DNA from: Leucoraja erinacea
Taxonomy: Eukaryota
DNA: 64,000 bases
Direction of reading: 5' to 3'
Assembly: GCF_028641065.1 (NCBI RefSeq)
Contig: NC_073399.1
Location: 18,972,001-19,036,000, forward strand
In this document: piece after piece, positions 59,886-64,000 of the stretch
How positions within the stretch are numbered: the first letter of the stretch is position 1
Layout of the letters: the number at the start of each line of letters is the position of its first letter
Notes under the pieces: model-generated
The model's database searches: none
What the model saw: the letters and a program-made list of their open reading frames with translations, nothing else
What the model was told of the DNA's origin: nothing
Made by a program: the position numbers and the translations under genes

Positions 59886-62054
59886 TATTAAGGCACATTT
59901 CGATCCTCCGTCTGGCACCAAGGTCTGGCTGTCAGAATGAAGCGAGGCACAGAGCAGCAGTTTGCAGCCTCCTGGCCTCTGGAAAGGTCAGCCAATTGTG
60001 ATTCTTAGAGGGTGAGAGCAACACGTTTAGATCTAAAAGTACAGCCTGGGTTTGCCCAGTAGAAATAAACATAACAAGAAGGGTCTCGACCCGAAACGTC
60101 ACCCATTCCTTCTCTCCTGAGATGCTGCCTGTCCCGCTGTCCCAGCATTTTGTGTCGATAACAAGAAATAACTTGTGCATGTCTTTATTTCAATGTACTA
60201 AATAGTCATTTTCCCCAGTGCTTCCATGTCTTTCCGCTGACTGGTTAGCATGCAACAAAGTTTTTCACTGTACCTTGGTACCAGTGACAATAAACTAAAT
60301 ATAAACTTAATCCCAGTGCTCCCACAGTGACACCTTGTATAATCCCAGGAATCCCACTGCCCGGCCCTACCTTTATAATCCCACTGCGTCCACAATTCAG
60401 CACGCACCATGCATAATCCCACAGCCCAGTACCCCACCCTGTTATTCCCACTTGTCAAACAGGCCACAGCAGATAAACAGGCCCTTCAACCACCGAGTCC
60501 ATGCCAACTATCAAGCATCTAATGACAGATGCTTCGACACTGTCCTAATGTTTTGCTACCACCCCACATTCTGACCATCACCCCCAAATTCTATCATTCG
60601 TCTATGCACAAGGGGCAATTTACAGCGATCATTCAACCTATAACCTGCACAGGATCTGGGAAGAAATGGGAACGCTCGGGAGAAACCCATGCAGTCACAG
60701 CGAGAACATACAGACTCCACACAATCAGCACCAGAGGTCAGGGTCGGAGCAGGGAGGCAGTGGCTCTACCAGATGTATTACAGTGCTGTCCCATACACAG
60801 ATGCACTACAATGACACTTCTCGATGTGACTGATTATTAAACACTGGTTACAAGCAGGTGGTGTGAAAACTGCCCAGCCTTTATGGGAATTTCCTTCCGC
60901 TGGTGTCTTTATGGTTTAAAAGGAGGCTTGCTTCACAAGTCTATTAGCAAACATTATCTCCCTGTATGTCTGAGCCACACATGAAGACACTGGCATGTAA
61001 CAAAAAACTAGACAAAGTGCGGTGGTTTAGGATGAGCTCCAGATGCCCAAAAAGCATTTTGCTGGCTGCAGGATTTTGCCAATGTATTTCCATCACAGAC
61101 CATTCTTGTATCTCGAGGGTAGACACAGCACAATTTAGAGTGTAGCTGTCTTCACACCATTCCATAATAGGGAGGATTCAAGGCTATCTGTACAGCTCTG
61201 ACATGGCAGCTGAGGTACCTAGAGCAATGGTATATTTGGAGACCATCATGTCAGTAGCAGTTCTTTGAATGACCTCTTCATCTGGTTTCACTCCCCTCTG
61301 CAAATTTTCCACTTCCAGTATTTATCCAATTTCATTTTACAGATTCCTGTTGCTCTGTTTCCACCAACCCAGCAGCAGGCAGTGTCATTCACTTTCCCAT
61401 CAAATGGCTCCCTCCACAGCTCTGAAGAGTCAAAGTGCTGTGTTTTCACCAACCATGTTACAAAACATAAATCCGCGTTACCCAACTTCTAGCTATGCAC
61501 AGCATCGCAATCCAAAGATGCTTCTGCAACCAGAGTCACAGCTTGGAGAGCAGCCACAAGCTTCACCACGTCACTGAACCTCAAGTTTTCAGCAGCTTTT
61601 TAATAAAGGGACAAAGGATGAGTGGAGCTTTGTGTGTGAGTAAATTTGACTTGACTTGACTTGAATTCTAGAGCTTGGTGCCTCAGCAGCCAGTAGTAAA
61701 ACGTTCCAAGGACTGGGACAAAGTGTTTCACTACCTCGGTGTAGGCGACAACCATAAACCATTGCCCAGGAAAGAAGCCAAGTTGTGGAGTAACTCAGTG
61801 GGCCAGGCAGCATCTCTGGAGAACATGGATAGGTGATGTTTTGGGTTTGGACTCTACTTCAGACATTGCGGGGATGTGGAGGAAAAGAAAGCTAGAGGGG
61901 TTTATGAGAATAGCAATATTGGGTGGATATTTGTCACGGGTTATGTGGAAAAAGGGGCAGCAATAACAGGTGATCAATGGTTGGTGCGAACTCGTTGGGC
62001 TGAAGAGCCTGCTTCCATTCTGTATCTTTCAAGCAATTAATTCATTGGTTTGGC

Positions 62055-63040
62055 TGCACTTGGAATATTATGTGCGTTGCGGTACTACAGGAAGAATGGT
62101 GTAGAAAACATTCACAAGCATGTTCCCTAGACTGGAGTTATAAGGAGTGACTGGACAGGCTGGACGATTTTCCCTTAAGTGGAGGAGGCTGAGGGGTGAC
62201 CTTATAAAGGTTTATAAAATGAAACAATACATAAGGTTGATCACAGTCTTTTTCCCAGGATAGGGGAGTCTAAAGTTAGAGGGCACAGGTTTTAGATGAG
62301 AGGGGAAATATTTCAATGAGATCTGAGGGGCAACTTTTTCCACACAGAGGGTGTGGGCATCTGGAATGCACTGCTAGAGGAAACTAGAGGTGGGTATCAT
62401 CTGTAAAATACATTTGGACAGATACATGGATAGGAAAGGTTTAGAGGAACACAAGGCAAACTCAGGCAAATGGGATTAGTGTAGATAGGCACCTTGGTCG
62501 GTATGGACGAATTGGTCCAAAGATTCAGTTTTCATGCTGCATAATGGCCTACTCCTGCACCTATTGTCTATTGCCTATAACTTTATGAATCTATGAATCT
62601 CTCAGTTTTACTCCAAATAGTCAGAAACTATTTTGTGCATATCTGGATATCAGAAAAAGGAAAAAAGGACAGTGAAGCTTCAATAATCCAGCATCCTCGG
62701 GGCTTTGAAAGTGCCAGACTGGAAGGTTTTAGACAATAGACAATAGTTGGGGAGTAAGTCATTCGGCCCTTTGATCCAGCACCGCCAATCACTGTGATCA
62801 TGGCTGATCATCCGCAATCAGTACCCCCTTCCTGCCTTCTCCCCATATCCCTTGACTGCTATCATTAAGAGCTCTATCTAACTCTCTCTTGAAAGCATCC
62901 AGAGAATTGGTCTCCACTGCCTTCTGAGGCAGAGAATTCCACAGATTCACAACTCTCTGGGTGAAAAGGTTTTTCCTCAACTCCGTTCTACATGACCTAC
63001 ACCTTTATTCGTAAACTGTGGCCCCTGGTTCTGGACTAAT
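62055..63040. mobile_element. Two CR1 3' fragments in opposite orientation
   Basis: Plus-strand copy about 62055-62590; minus-strand copy about 62730-63040 (MRKNLFTQRVVNLWNSLPQKAVE). Confidence 0.8.
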
Positions 63041-63514
63041 GGATACGACTCTCATTATACACACAAACACATCTTTAGATGATGTTTTTTAAGATGTCAC
63101 CCACACCACCAGTAAAATGAATTTTCCTGTGAATGAGTTGAGAATAAAAGGAGCAGAAAAGAAGCTGCTGGAGGAACACAACAGGACAGGCAGCATCTGT
63201 GGAGGCAAAGGGACAGTCGTGTATCAGGTAAAGACCCTGTATCAGGATGCTGACTGAGCCGCTGAGTTACTCCAGCAGATTGTTTCTTGCTCCAGATTCC
63301 AGCATCTGCAGTCTCTTGTGTCTCGAGATTAAAGAGAGGGTAAAGAAAAGGAAACTGGACCCTGGTGAGATAAATGGAGCACAGGAGTAAATTGGGCGAG
63401 TAGATTCCAAAGCATGAGGATTTCCAAATGCTAGGATAGTGGATCATTGGAGATACTGCAATGACACATATTGATGCACCTATTACTTATGCATCACATC
63501 CAACGCTTTTGAAG

Positions 63515-64000
63515 TCAGCCGCCTGCCACTTTTGCGGGCTGGAAGAGTCTGTGTACCACGTGTACATGGAGTGCGTGAGGCTGCAGCCACTGTTTCAATA
63601 CCTAAAGGGGCTGTTCCTTGCCTTCTGGCTGCATTTTTCACCCACCATCCTCATCTTTGGACACCCTGTGCGTAGGGGAGAGGGTAGGGCTGAAGATGTC
63701 CTGGTTGGGTTGCTCCTGGGCCTGGCCAAGCTGGCCATCCGCGAGTCAAGGCGCCAGACGGTGGAGGGCTCTACCCGAGCCAGCTGCCTGCCCCTTTTCC
63801 GGGGATACGTCCGTGCCCGGGTGCGCATGGAAAGGGAATACGACCCGTCTACGGGCACCATGAGGGAGTTCCATGACCGCTGGGCACCGAGGGGGGTTGA
63901 ATGTATCCTGGACAAGGATTGCAATATAGTTGTTTAGCAGTTGCTTAGCATATTTGTGTCGTCTTGTATTATGATGCTGTTTTGATATTTTAATATTTGA
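63515..64000 (+). mobile_element. Tx1/L1-group LINE ORF2 C-terminus (CCHC zinc knuckle)
   Basis: ACHFCGLEESVYHVYMECVRLQPLF...LLGLAKLAIRESRR..., open to the stop at 63937. Confidence 0.85.

Noticed and set aside
63461-63937. 158-aa ORF as a host gene
   Set aside because: It is the CCHC C-terminus of a Tx1/L1-type ORF2, 5'-truncated, with no splice structure

Overview
Eukaryotic, intron-rich vertebrate DNA. The repeat content (CR1 and Rex1 LINEs, tRNA-derived SINEs, Penelope-type fold-backs) points to a cartilaginous fish, probably a skate or ray (inference). Three spliced genes could be assembled by hand. (1) GALK1 galactokinase, minus strand, 8 coding exons, 5014-18471. (2) Head-to-head with it, an unnamed 16-exon plus-strand gene, 21310-52196, encoding a 427-aa RUN + PDZ + PTB-like adaptor that ends in a PDZ-ligand-like tail (-TEWFV). 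Its promoter carries nine tandem RFX X-box-like motifs. (3) Histone H3.3 (H3F3B by synteny with GALK1), minus strand, 57488-59237. The window also holds four tiny CAAAG...TTTG palindromic inserts bracketed by 8-bp target-site duplications, which look like excision footprints of a P-like DNA transposon. Three of them lie in the shared promoter interval. Other elements: two hAT elements with perfect TSDs, a Tc1 relic, many LINE and SINE fragments, and repeats carrying hammerhead-ribozyme cores. Nearly all ORFs in the supplied track are spurious or transposon-derived. Coordinates were counted by hand, and repeat boundaries are approximate.
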